From assembly GCA_944387505.1 (NCBI GenBank), contig CALXFG010000002.1, forward strand, positions 3,011 to 67,010: a stretch of DNA of 64,000 bases, read 5' to 3'. Positions 1-9,517 of this stretch are shown in pieces (position 1 is the stretch's first letter; the number at the start of each line of letters is the position of its first letter). The position numbers were made by a program, and so were the translations under genes. The notes beneath the pieces were generated by a model. The model was not told the DNA's origin. It ran no database searches and saw nothing but the letters and a program-made list of their open reading frames with translations. The stretch comes from an uncultured Clostridia bacterium (lineage in GTDB: Bacteria; Bacillota; Clostridia; TANB77; CAG-508).

Positions 1-3000
1 GTTTGTTGCTGTAATTTTGTAAGTTAATACATCTGTTTTATTAGCTTTATCATTATATGTGATTGTATTGGTTTCTTTATCTTCTACACCTAGTTTTGTT
101 GCTGTTTCATTGACCTTTGTGATTTCTTTCTTGATTGAAGGTTCAAGGTCATAATCTACCATAACGGTTGCTGTACTTTCTTCTTCATCAGGTGTTTCCG
201 TACTTGTAACAATTGCTGTATTAGACATCTTATCTGCATTAGCTACATCAAATAATTGTACTTTATAAGATACTGTTAAGATATAACCATCATTAGGTTC
301 TATGGTTGTTGGTACATTTGCTGTATTTAATAAGTTATCATTTACATTGACAGTTGCTTTATTAACATTTGTTGCTGTGCCAACTACACCATCATTGATA
401 GGTGTTACACTCATAATGTTCACTAGTCTTTCATCTGTTACATTTACATCATGTAATATGACATTTCCTTCATTTTTTACCACAATGTTATAAATGATGG
501 TATCTCCATTATTTACAGCTTGTGAATCATAGATTGTCTCTGTGTCGTTTTCCGTAATTGCTTCTTCACTTTGATCTATTTCAGTTGTTGTTTGTGTTCC
601 GTCAAGAATAACTTGTTCAGCTGTCTTTTTAATTGTAATATCTGGTATTTCACGTCTATTGGTTATGTCATAATCTGTTATTGTTGGTGTATATCCTACA
701 ACTTCATCTTCTGAAACTGTATACTCGATTGGTTCTCCCTTTGAATATTTTGGAACACCATTAAATGTATATTCCCAATTATTCTCTGCTGTTACGATTT
801 GTGATTTAACTTTAATTCCGTTTGCTAATAAATTAACGCTTATTTCTGTTGGTCTTTTTCCATCTTTATTATTTACGTCATCCCAAGTTTTTTGACCATG
901 AATATCGATTGTTTCTGGAGTATATGTATTAATCAAATTATATTTGTTATCTGGGTCTACTGATACTGTATATTCAGATCCAGGAATTGTTGCTTCTGCA
1001 ATTTGATATTCAATTTCTACTCCATTTTCATATTTTGGTACATTTTCAAAACTGTATTTCCATTCGCCATTTTTGTCTGCTTTTACGGTTGTTCTAGTAT
1101 ATTCTGTAAATTCTCCTTCTGTCCCAACTCTATAATTTAAAATAACTGTAATTTCACTAGGTCTCTTTCCATCTCTGTTACTATCATCATTCCATGTCTT
1201 AGTTCCTTCAATAGTTTGGCTTCCTGGTTTAATTGTATTTGTAAATCCATCTTCTGTTTGTTGACTTGTATATCCTTCTACTGGATCTTCTGTTACAGTG
1301 TATTGATAGATGTGTCCATCTGTTAAGTCATATTTTTCTAAGTCTTTAAATTCATATGTTGTTTCTCCGTTTTTTAATGTTACCTCTTTTATTTCTATTC
1401 CGTCTCTTAATAAGTTAATTGTAACATCTGGATGTACGGTTCCTTCTGGATCTATCCATGTTTTGGTTCCACTGATACTTTCTGATGTATCTTGTTTAAT
1501 TGTATTTGTAAATCCATTTTCTGTTTGTTGACTTGTATATCCTTCTACTGGATCTTCTGTTACAGTGTATTGATAGATGTGTCCATCTGTTAAGTCATAT
1601 TTTTCTAAGTCTTTAAATTCATATGTTGTTTCTCCGTTTTTTAATGTTACCTCTTTTATTTCTATTCCGTCTCTTAATAAGTTAATTGTAACATCTGGAT
1701 GTACGGTTCCTTCTGGATCTATCCATGTTTTGGTTCCACTGATACTTTCTGATGTATCTTGTTTAATTGTATTTGTAAATCCATTTTCTGTTTGTTGACT
1801 TGTATATCCTTCTACTGGATCTTCTGTTACAGTGTATTGATAGATGTGTCCATCTGTTAAGTCATATTTTTCTAAGTCTTTAAATTCATATGTTGTTTCT
1901 CCGTTTTTTAATGTTACCTCTTTTATTTCTATTCCGTCTCTTAATAAGTTAATTGTAACATCTGGATGTACGGTTCCTTCTGGATCTATCCATGTTTTGG
2001 TTCCACTGATACTTTCTGATGTATCTTGTTTAATTGTATTTGTAAATCCATTTTCTGTTTGTTGACTTGTATATCCTTCTACTGGATCTTCTGTTACAGT
2101 GTATTGATAGATGTGTCCATCTGTTAAGTCATATTTTTCTAAGTCTTTAAATTCATATGTTGTTTCTCCGTTTTTTAATGTTACCTCTTTTATTTCTATT
2201 CCGTCTCTTAATAAGTTAATTGTAACATCTGGATGTACGGTTCCTTCTGGATCTATCCATGTTTTGGTTCCACTGATACTTTCTGATGTATCTTGTTTAA
2301 TTGTATTTGTAAATCCATTTTCTGTTTGTTGACTTGTATATCCTTCTACTGGATCTTCTGTTACAGTGTATTGATAGATGTGTCCATCTGTTAAGTCATA
2401 TTTATCTAATTTTATAAATTCATATGTTGTTTCTCCGTTTTTTAATGTTACCTCATCTATTTCTATTCCATCTCTTAATAAGTTAATTGTAACATCTGGA
2501 TGTACAGTTCCTTCCGGATCTATCCATGTTTTGGTTCCTTCTATATTTTCATATTCTTTAACTACAGTATCGTCAGTTGGATTTGTTGGTGTTCCATCTA
2601 CTTTTGCATCAGCATTTCTAATAACTTTTGTATCTGCTCTTGTAAATGGATTTACACGAACTTGGAATGTTACAGTAGCTGTTCCACCGTTTTCTGCAAC
2701 AGTTACATCTATTCCCTCATTTAATTGTTTTTCTTCATAATTTCCTTCATTATTCACTTTGATTGAATTTGGAACAAGTGTTGTTCCTTCTGGTACTGTA
2801 TCAGATACTTTTACAGTTCCAGCTGCTTCTCCATGATTTGTTAATATAATTGTATATGTAATAACATCTAATTCATGAAGTTCTTCTCCTTCATAAGAAC
2901 TTGATTTTACTGCTGTTATATTAGCTACTTTTGTTTCTTCTGAAGGTATTGGTTCTTCAGGTGTATTTGGATCTTCTGTAATATATGCTATATTTTGAAC

Positions 3001-4644
3001 TTTTGATGTGTAATCATTTTCTGCTGTTTTTTGTACAGCTGTTACCACAATTTCTACTTTAACTGTTTTTTCACCTGGCACAGCAATAGAATAGTTTCCA
3101 CTTGTTAATTGTGCCTCTGTTATTGTAGCTTGTTTATTACCTTCACTATCAAACAATGTTGCAGTTTCAAATGTTGTTCCATTAGGTATTGGATCTCTTA
3201 ATACAACTGTTCCTTCTTTGTTTCCTTTATTGGTTAATTCAATTGTATAAGTAATTTGTTCTCCTACTTTAACTGATGTTTTATCAGCCTTTTTGGTTGC
3301 ATTGATATCTACTGTGTTTACTTCTTCTGGATCTGTTGGTTCTTCATTATCTCCCACCAATGCCACATTTGCTATTTCACCATCAATATTGGTTACTTCT
3401 ATTGAGAATACAACTTTTGCTGTTGAATTTTCTGCTACATCAACTAAAATTCCAGAAATTAATTCATCAGCTGAATATGTTTTATCTCCTACTGTCACAT
3501 TTCCGTTCATTTTTGCATTTTGTAATATGTTTGCTAAATCTTCATCTTTTACAATGATACTTCCTGGTACTTTACCTGTATTTTCTACAGATATTGTGTA
3601 TGTAATGATATCTCCCACTTTTGCTACATCAACTGGTGTTCCTTTTCTTGTAATCATACTGGTTTTATCTGTTTTAATGATTGATGTTTCTGTTTTGTTA
3701 CTTTCTTCACCATTGGCAATAGCAACATTTTCAATTGATCCTGTTGTACCTTCATTAACCATTACTGTAAAGTTTACTGATGTTGTTGAATTTGCTTCAA
3801 TATCTACCATCCATCTTAAAGATGTTACAACTGTTCCGTTATCAAATTCTTCTGCATTTGGTGTACTAGATACATATGTAGTCTTTTCTGGTATGTTATC
3901 TGTTACATAAATTCTTTCTATTTTTTCATTTGTATTGTTTTGTACGGTAATCGTATATGTAATGGTTTCTCCAACTTGAACCAATGTACTTCCTGATTGT
4001 GTTGTAGCTGTTTTGGTTACTGTAACATCTGTTGGTTCTACTGAATCAATGTTACTGTATGCACTAGCAAATGATGCATTTAATTCTGTTGGTGCCCATA
4101 CTTTATCTTCCCCTTCTGCTACTAATTGATCTGGATATACGATTGTTTCTTCTCTTGAAATCGTAGTTTCTTGAATCGTATCTGTTGTGGTTGTTCCAGC
4201 ATTTCCTGTTGTTGTGGTAGTTCCACCTGCTGTTGTTCCTCCTGTTGTTCTCCCTGTAGTGCTACCTGTTGTTCCTGTAACACCACCTGTTGCTGCTGTT
4301 CCAGCATTTCCTTGGTTTTGATTACCTCCAGCAGTTGTTGTGTCTGTATTATCTGTTTCTGTCGCATTGGCTGGTACTTCAGCTGGTTCCGTTGCTTCTG
4401 TTTCCTGTCCCTCAGCACTTTGTGTTGCTGGCTCTCCTGACTGCTCCTGTGTATCAGTCGTGGTTTGCTCTTCTTGTGTTGTTCCTGTTTGTTGTTCATT
4501 ATAGCTTGCTAAATCTGTAGCTTCTGTAGTACCTCTATTTTTTAAGAACACTACAGTACCTACAATGGCTGCAATTACTAATATGGCTACAATAATAATT
4601 GCGACAACTGTTTTCTTGTCTGGCCCTTTGGTATAACCTGCCAT
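1..4644 (-). CDS. Large cell-surface adhesin, 5' part only. It has an N-terminal TM/signal anchor, a T/G/Q/E-rich linker, DUF11-type repeat domains and tandem CnaB-type domains. The stop lies beyond the left edge.
   Basis: My own minus-strand translation from ATG 4644-4642, with an RBS (rc AGGGAGGA) at 4651-4658: MAGYTKGPDKKTVVAIIIVAILVIAAIVG... DUF11-like signatures: VGETITYTITVQNNTNEKIERIYVTDNIPEKTTYV and VGDIITYTISVENTGKVPG. CnaB-like signatures: GTKTWNDDSNRDGKRPSEITV and GQKTWDDVNNKDGKRPTEI. The track lists no minus-strand ORF ending in this frame, so the frame is open down to position 1. The plus-strand ORFs at 302-4520 are antisense artefacts. Confidence 0.85.
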   Translation of the reverse strand, partial: MAGYTKGPDKKTVVAIIIVAILVIAAIVGTVVFLKNRGTTEATDLASYNEQQTGTTQEEQTTTDTQEQSGEPATQSAEGQETEATEPAEVPANATETDNTDTTTAGGNQNQGNAGTAATGGVTGTTGSTTGRTTGGTTAGGTTTTTGNAGTTTTDTIQETTISREETIVYPDQLVAEGEDKVWAPTELNASFASAYSNIDSVEPTDVTVTKTATTQSGSTLVQVGETITYTITVQNNTNEKIERIYVTDNIPEKTTYVSSTPNAEEFDNGTVVTSLRWMVDIEANSTTSVNFTVMVNEGTTGSIENVAIANGEESNKTETSIIKTDKTSMITRKGTPVDVAKVGDIITYTISVENTGKVPGSIIVKDEDLANILQNAKMNGNVTVGDKTYSADELISGILVDVAENSTAKVVFSIEVTNIDGEIANVALVGDNEEPTDPEEVNTVDINATKKADKTSVKVGEQITYTIELTNKGNKEGTVVLRDPIPNGTTFETATLFDSEGNKQATITEAQLTSGNYSIAVPGEKTVKVEIVVTAVQKTAENDYTSKVQNIAYITEDPNTPEEPIPSEETKVANITAVKSSSYEGEELHELDVITYTIILTNHGEAAGTVKVSDTVPEGTTLVPNSIKVNNEGNYEEKQLNEGIDVTVAENGGTATVTFQVRVNPFTRADTKVIRNADAKVDGTPTNPTDDTVVKEYENIEGTKTWIDPEGTVHPDVTINLLRDGIEIDEVTLKNGETTYEFIKLDKYDLTDGHIYQYTVTEDPVEGYTSQQTENGFTNTIKQDTSESISGTKTWIDPEGTVHPDVTINLLRDGIEIKEVTLKNGETTYEFKDLEKYDLTDGHIYQYTVTEDPVEGYTSQQTENGFTNTIKQDTSESISGTKTWIDPEGTVHPDVTINLLRDGIEIKEVTLKNGETTYEFKDLEKYDLTDGHIYQYTVTEDPVEGYTSQQTENGFTNTIKQDTSESISGTKTWIDPEGTVHPDVTINLLRDGIEIKEVTLKNGETTYEFKDLEKYDLTDGHIYQYTVTEDPVEGYTSQQTENGFTNTIKQDTSESISGTKTWIDPEGTVHPDVTINLLRDGIEIKEVTLKNGETTYEFKDLEKYDLTDGHIYQYTVTEDPVEGYTSQQTEDGFTNTIKPGSQTIEGTKTWNDDSNRDGKRPSEITVILNYRVGTEGEFTEYTRTTVKADKNGEWKYSFENVPKYENGVEIEYQIAEATIPGSEYTVSVDPDNKYNLINTYTPETIDIHGQKTWDDVNNKDGKRPTEISVNLLANGIKVKSQIVTAENNWEYTFNGVPKYSKGEPIEYTVSEDEVVGYTPTITDYDITNRREIPDITIKKTAEQVILDGTQTTTEIDQSEEAITENDTETIYDSQAVNNGDTIIYNIVVKNEGNVILHDVNVTDERLVNIMSVTPINDGVVGTATNVNKATVNVNDNLLNTANVPTTIEPNDGYILTVSYKVQLFDVANADKMSNTAIVTSTETPDEEESTATVMVDYDLEPSIKKEITKVNETATKLGVEDKETNTITYNDKANKTDVLTYKITATN
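1231..2565. repeat. Five tandem 267-bp (89-codon) repeats inside the adhesin gene. Copies 1-4 are nearly identical and copy 5 has diverged. Each encodes one CnaB-like domain.
   Basis: Identical antisense ORFs at 1310, 1577, 1844, 2111 and 2378 give a period of 267. The unit translated on the minus strand contains ...GTKTWIDPEGTVHPDVTINLLRDGIEIKEVTLKNGETTYEFKDLEKYDLTDGHIYQYTVTEDPVEGY... Confidence 0.9.
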
Positions 4645-4659
4645 CTTAATTCCTCCCTT

Positions 4660-5250
4660 TTACTCAATAATTTGTTTTGCTTTTAGTATTAATCGTTCTC
4701 TATTTCCGTTTGTACATGTAATGAGTGTTACTTCTCTTATTGTTTCATCATTTGTGGCTAAAATACGAACATCATTTGGATCTGTAACAAATATATCGTA
4801 AATTTCATATTTCATTGTTGTTTTTGTTAAATCTGTTAATTCTACAATATCACCAATTTCTAGATTTTTTGTTTTTCCAAACATGGTTCCATTGTAGTTA
4901 TTATGTCCTGCAATTGACAAATTTCCATAATCGTTTACATTTCCTCCCCAGTATCTTACAATACCATATCGCATTGGTTCTTTTGTTTCTTCTGGGTTAG
5001 AAGTTTCTATTGCTAGTATTGGATATTGAATATCGATTTTAGGGATTGTAACAATTCCTATGACATCATATCCATTTAATTGTACTGTTTCACTATTTTG
5101 TATTTCTACATTTGAAAAAGTTTCTATTACTTCTTGATTTTCTTTTTCATTTTCCATGCTTTTCCATTGTTTCATTGCAATTAATGCAATTAAAATAATG
5201 GCACCTAATAATAATATGATAAATATGGCTCTATAAATTTTTAGTTTCAT
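4660..5250 (-). CDS. Sortase family transpeptidase
   Basis: N-terminal TM segment. Motifs: LSIAGHN (catalytic His), TLITC (catalytic Cys, TLxTC) and a downstream Arg (RERLILKA). Its start overlaps the upstream stop (ATGA at 5250). Confidence 0.85.
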   Translation of the reverse strand: MKLKIYRAIFIILLLGAIILIALIAMKQWKSMENEKENQEVIETFSNVEIQNSETVQLNGYDVIGIVTIPKIDIQYPILAIETSNPEETKEPMRYGIVRYWGGNVNDYGNLSIAGHNNYNGTMFGKTKNLEIGDIVELTDLTKTTMKYEIYDIFVTDPNDVRILATNDETIREVTLITCTNGNRERLILKAKQIIE

Positions 5251-6260
5251 TATTTATCCTCTTTTTTATTTAGCTTTTTCATTCTTGCAAAAACAATAAT
5301 TAAAGCGATTACTACCATTGCTAAAGCTACAAATAATACAATGCTATCTCCTGTAATCGGTAATTTAGCTGTTTCTTGTACGGTTCTTGTTTCTTGTACA
5401 TCTTCTCTTTCTTCATATGGTGTTAAATCTGATACCATTAATTTTGCGTCTGTTGTTACTGTTCCATCTTCTGCTGTTTTCTTAATGAAAACAACATATT
5501 GATCATTTATTTGTGCATCATTTGGTTGTCTGATTTCCATATTTTCAACCGCTGTCCATGTAGCTCCTTCTATTAATTGATTATATAAGGTATAGAATTC
5601 AGAGGTTAATTGAATCTTTGAATACATATCTTCTGCATTATAGCTTGCTTCATTTAATAATTGATTTGCTAATGCAAATAATCTACTATATGGTGTATCT
5701 TTTTCAACTTTTGTTAGTTGATATTCGTATGTTGCATTATCTGTATCTGTAATTTGTAATCCACCAACTGTAAGTTTTGTTTGCACACCATTAATTTCTT
5801 CGTCAATTTCTACTAAATCTTTGACGGTGTCTGTGCCAATCCTTTTGGTAGTGCTTTCAACATACTCCATATCTTTCTTATCTAGGGCTTTTGATAAATC
5901 AAGTGTAATCTTTTCTGTTTTTTCTTGATTATCTTGGTTGTATTTTACATAAAGATATGTAGTATCTCCTGTAACAGCATCTCCTTTTATTTGTGCTACA
6001 TAATTTCCTTCTTCATCTTTTGCTGTTACAAAGTTCAAATCTTGTTCTTGTGCATTATCTATATTAGATACTGCTGAAGCAAAATTTGTTCCCATTAAAT
6101 CTTGAATATATACAATATATTCTTCATTACCTTGCACATCAGTATTACTGATTATTTGTATATTTTCTTCATTCGTAACGGCTAAAACTATCATAGGTAC
6201 TAACATAAGCATAATGAACAAAACGATAGCACCCGTAAGTTTTGCTTTGAAATTTTTCAT
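5250..6260 (-). CDS. LPXTG-anchored surface protein (sortase substrate, possible pilin or accessory subunit)
   Basis: N-terminal signal peptide MKNFKAKLTGAIVLFIMLMLVPMIVLAV. C-terminal sorting signal LPITGDS, followed by a hydrophobic stretch and a basic tail (RMKKLNKKEDK). Confidence 0.8.
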   Translation of the reverse strand: MKNFKAKLTGAIVLFIMLMLVPMIVLAVTNEENIQIISNTDVQGNEEYIVYIQDLMGTNFASAVSNIDNAQEQDLNFVTAKDEEGNYVAQIKGDAVTGDTTYLYVKYNQDNQEKTEKITLDLSKALDKKDMEYVESTTKRIGTDTVKDLVEIDEEINGVQTKLTVGGLQITDTDNATYEYQLTKVEKDTPYSRLFALANQLLNEASYNAEDMYSKIQLTSEFYTLYNQLIEGATWTAVENMEIRQPNDAQINDQYVVFIKKTAEDGTVTTDAKLMVSDLTPYEEREDVQETRTVQETAKLPITGDSIVLFVALAMVVIALIIVFARMKKLNKKEDK

Positions 6261-6630
6261 AAATACTCCCCCTAAATAATATTTTTACAAATTTACGCCC
6301 ACATTATATCACAATTGTTTTCAAAAGTATACCTTTTTTTGAATTTTTTTCTATTTCCGTAAGGTTTTAGCGATTTTTTATGTCGAATTTTGTTGTTTCT
6401 TTGTATTTCTTTATGTAAAGTATTTTTGCAATTTTTTTGTATCTTTGTATCTTTTCCTATACCACAAAAAATCACAATGCTATTTCTATTCAATTCATAA
6501 CATCGTGATTTTATTCTAAATTTATTAATTGTTCTTTAATAAATGCTTTCTATTCTTTTATAAAATTTCAATTATCCTTTTTAATTTTGATATAACGATA
6601 TATTTCTCCTTTTTCGTTTCCATTAAACTT

Positions 6631-7692
6631 TTAAACCACTTCATAATCCAATAATTCTACTTGATTACTTATGAAACGCACATCTTTTACTATTTCCTTT
6701 CCTAAATCCGTCGATAAATATTTTTTATTATCATCTGCAAAAACCGTGACAATACTACCTTCCACATTTTCCTCAAATCTTTCTTGTATCAATACAGCAC
6801 CTATCAAATTTGCACCAGATGAAATGCCCACACCTAATCCTAATTCTTTTGCCAACTTTCTTGTCATATTGATGGCATCCTCGTCATTTATCAATAAAAT
6901 GTCTTTTTCTATAATATCTTTATTCCTATCAAATATATCTGGTACAAAATCGTCTCCAATCCCTTCTATCTTATGTTGTTCTACTAGTTTATCACTTGAC
7001 AACATTGGCTTTTTTTCTATCTGTAACGTTTCTTTACCTTGTTTTCCACTATTCATAGAATTTGACAAGATTGGCATGTTTTCTGGCTCTAATGCATATA
7101 TTTTTGTTTGATTATCTGCTTCTTTTAATCGTTTTCCGATTCCGATTAATGTACCTCCTGTTCCTACCCCAGAAACAAATCCTCCAATTTTCTTTCCTTT
7201 TAATTGCTCTAAAATTTCTTTTCCTGTTGTTTCATAATGTGCCAATATATTATCTTCGTTTTCAAATTGATTTGCCAAAAATCCATTTAATTTATTTGCT
7301 AATGTTTTAGCCTCTTCTACACATTTTATAAATCCTCCCTCTTCTTTTGATATTAATGTGATATTGGCACCATATAATTTCATTAACTCCATTCTTTCTT
7401 TACTTGCCCAATCTGGCATAAAAATATATACAGGATGTTTATAATAAGCACCTAAAGCAGATAAGGAAATACCTGTATTGCCACTTGTTGCTTCTATAAT
7501 AGGCATCCTGTCTTTTAATACACCTTTTTCTTTTGCATTTTTTATAATATAATAGGCTACCCTGTCCTTGATACTTCCTGTTACATTGAACATTTCTAAT
7601 TTTACATATACATTGTTTTCTTTTCCTTTGTATCTATATGTAATATTTATCATGGGTGTATTTCCAATTACTGTGCAATGATTCATAATCAT
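6631..7692 (-). CDS. PLP-dependent cysteine synthase / cystathionine beta-synthase family enzyme (CysK-like, with an internal insertion)
   Basis: Motifs: FNVTGSIKDRVAYYII (PLP-lysine), EATSGNTGISLS, GVGTGGTLIGIG. RBS GAGAGGAGAA lies upstream of ATGATTATG. Confidence 0.8.
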   Translation of the reverse strand: MIMNHCTVIGNTPMINITYRYKGKENNVYVKLEMFNVTGSIKDRVAYYIIKNAKEKGVLKDRMPIIEATSGNTGISLSALGAYYKHPVYIFMPDWASKERMELMKLYGANITLISKEEGGFIKCVEEAKTLANKLNGFLANQFENEDNILAHYETTGKEILEQLKGKKIGGFVSGVGTGGTLIGIGKRLKEADNQTKIYALEPENMPILSNSMNSGKQGKETLQIEKKPMLSSDKLVEQHKIEGIGDDFVPDIFDRNKDIIEKDILLINDEDAINMTRKLAKELGLGVGISSGANLIGAVLIQERFEENVEGSIVTVFADDNKKYLSTDLGKEIVKDVRFISNQVELLDYEVV

Positions 7693-7845
7693 TTCTCCTC
7701 TCTTATTTGTACATACTTTGTGAACTTCATATCTGATGATAGTATTCGTTTCTTTTGTGTATTATATTCCGGAAAATCATTTTAGGATACTCTTTCATTT
7801 TTAGTATGTGTCTCATAAGGTATAAAAATACTAGTTACAACTTTC

Positions 7846-7874
7846 TTGACATCTTTATATATTTATCGTATAAT
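7846..7874 (+). promoter_or_regulatory. Near-consensus sigma-A promoter: TTGACA, 17-nt spacer, TATAAT
   Basis: TTGACA at 7846-7851, an exact 17-nt spacer, TATAAT at 7869-7874. No plus-strand ORF lies downstream. Confidence 0.6.
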
Positions 7875-7880
7875 GATTAT

Positions 7881-8093
7881 GTTATCAGGCAGTAAACTCT
7901 GTTTCTGTTTGTTGACATTACCAACCTTTGGCTGAAAAATTTTTTTAACCATTGGATTGGTAAATTATGTTGGCATCTGTGGGAACCACATACTTACAAC
8001 TCCTTAAGATTTGATTTTCATCCATTTTTTTGCACACATTTACCCACAGATAACAACGCTAGAGCCGTACTATTTGTACGGCTCTCTTTTATT
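7881..8093 (+). ncRNA. Candidate stand-alone small RNA (~210 nt). The 5' and 3' ends pair into a closing helix, which makes it possibly 6S-like. The class is not established.
   Basis: Bounded by the consensus promoter and an intrinsic terminator. There is no ORF or RBS. It sits between two minus-strand genes. The 5' end GTTATC.GG..GTAAA pairs with the 3' end TTTAC.CC...GATAAC (8039-8054). Internal hairpins: TGTGG-GAA-CCACA and TTACCAA/TTGGTAA. Confidence 0.45.
8061..8093 (+). terminator. Rho-independent terminator
   Basis: AGAGCCGTAC-tattt-GTACGGCTCT (10-bp stem) followed by CTTTTATT. Confidence 0.7.
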
Positions 8094-8112
8094 ACACGTC
8101 CCTAACGTGGCA

Positions 8113-9342
8113 TTATTTTTCTCTTCTAATAATCCAATCCTTTTCACATTTGATTGGTAATTTCATTAACACCTTTTGTCCTTTAACACCTGGGCTAACA
8201 GATGGTATCTCTTCTTTGGTATCACTATCCCATAATTTCTCAATTGTAAATTGTACAGGTTCTAACTTATATGGAATTAAAATCTCCATTTTATCTCCCA
8301 CTTGAAGTTTGTTTTTGATTTCAATAACAGATTTCTCTTCATCATATTCTACTACTTTTCCACCAAACTCATATTTTTCGTTATATTGTCTTCCACCATA
8401 TTCTTGTATATCTTTGTTATTCCTATCATTAAAATAAAATGTGGTTAATCCTCTTGTTTTTACTTTCTCTAACTCTTTCAAATATTTTGTATAATCATAA
8501 TGCTCTGGATCTTTTTCATAATCATCAATCGCATTTCTATAAGCACCAATGACACTTGCTAGATAATATTCTGTTTTTAACCTTCCTTCTATTTTTAAGC
8601 TATCTACACCCATGTCAATAATTTCTGGGATTTCTTTAATTAGGCACAAATCTTTTGAGGAAAAAATACTTGTTCCATATTCACTAGTTTCAATTGGCAT
8701 CAATTCCCCTGGATTGTTTTTTTCTTCAGCATATAAGTTATATGACCATCTACAGCTTTGTGCACAATCTCCTAAATTCGCACTTCTGCATGACATGAAA
8801 TCACTTAAGAAACATCTTCCTGAAAAAGCAAAACAAATGGCACCATGGATAAAGATTTCAATTTCCATCCCTTCTGGTTTGTTTTCCATGATATATTTTA
8901 ACTGTTTCTTATTCATTTCTCTTGCCATAATCATTCTCTTGGCGCCATTATGATACCAAAAGTTTGCTGCATGTAGACTGACAATATTGGCCTGTGTACT
9001 TACATTAATTGCTACACTTGGTGCATATTGTTTTAATACTTCTATAACCCCTCCATCAGCTGCTATAATTCCATCTGGATTTAATACTTCTAATTTTTTT
9101 GCCATTTCTATGATTTCTTCATATTTTTCGTCCCAAGCAAAAATATTTAAAGTAACATATACTTTCTTTCCAATACTATGTGCATATTTAATTGTTTTTT
9201 CTAAATCATCATCTTTCATGTCAGCCCTTGTTCTTAAAGATAGTGATGAAGTTCCACAATATACAGCATCTGCTCCATACAAAAAGGCAATCTTTGCTTT
9301 TTCATAAGAACCTGCTGGTGCTAATAATTCTACTTTTTTCAT
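8113..9342 (-). CDS. Peptidase U32 family protein (YrrO/YrrN/TrhP-like, collagenase-like family)
   Basis: The N-terminus MKKVELLAPAGSYEKAKIAFLYGADAVYCG is typical of U32. Cys-rich motif: CAQSCRWSY. Confidence 0.85.
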   Translation of the reverse strand: MKKVELLAPAGSYEKAKIAFLYGADAVYCGTSSLSLRTRADMKDDDLEKTIKYAHSIGKKVYVTLNIFAWDEKYEEIIEMAKKLEVLNPDGIIAADGGVIEVLKQYAPSVAINVSTQANIVSLHAANFWYHNGAKRMIMAREMNKKQLKYIMENKPEGMEIEIFIHGAICFAFSGRCFLSDFMSCRSANLGDCAQSCRWSYNLYAEEKNNPGELMPIETSEYGTSIFSSKDLCLIKEIPEIIDMGVDSLKIEGRLKTEYYLASVIGAYRNAIDDYEKDPEHYDYTKYLKELEKVKTRGLTTFYFNDRNNKDIQEYGGRQYNEKYEFGGKVVEYDEEKSVIEIKNKLQVGDKMEILIPYKLEPVQFTIEKLWDSDTKEEIPSVSPGVKGQKVLMKLPIKCEKDWIIRREK

Positions 9343-9437
9343 ATATATCCTTCCTTTTATCTATATTTTCTCTTAATTTATTTTTCGCATCCATATTATA
9401 CCCTTAGAAAAAACTTATGTCAATCTTTTATTTTATG

Positions 9438-9466
9438 TTTACTTTTTCCTTATTTTCTAGTATAAT
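9438..9466 (+). promoter_or_regulatory. Putative sigma-A promoter for the RelA/SpoT-domain gene
   Basis: TTTACT, 17-nt spacer, TATAAT (9461-9466). Confidence 0.35.
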
Positions 9467-9517
9467 GAATTTGTTTAATCTATATTTGTCAAGAAAAAAG
9501 AAAGGGGCGTATAAAGG

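Noticed and set aside
1310-2740. Five plus-strand ORFs (73-120 aa) with identical sequences MCPSVKSYFSKSLNSYVV...
   Set aside because: They are antisense reading frames of the 267-bp CnaB repeats in the minus-strand adhesin gene. They have no RBS, and their Ser/Val/Phe-rich composition is typical of antisense frames.
4122-4520. ORFs 4122-4499 (-), 4171-4440 (+) and 4290-4520 (+), which are Q/C/L-rich.
   Set aside because: They are alternative frames of the low-complexity T/G/Q/E linker at the adhesin N-terminus. The adhesin frame has the RBS and continues for >1500 codons.
6293-6493. A K/N-rich 66-aa ORF upstream of the LPXTG gene.
   Set aside because: It lies in an AT-rich promoter region, has no RBS, and its composition reflects A-runs. 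It is probably non-coding.
7693-8060. A possible T-box or S-box (SAM) leader for the cysteine-synthase-like gene.
   Set aside because: I read the minus strand of this region and found no T-box sequence (AGGGTGGTACCGCG-like) or S-box core. The strongest signals, a consensus promoter and a terminator, are on the plus strand, so I called a separate sRNA instead.
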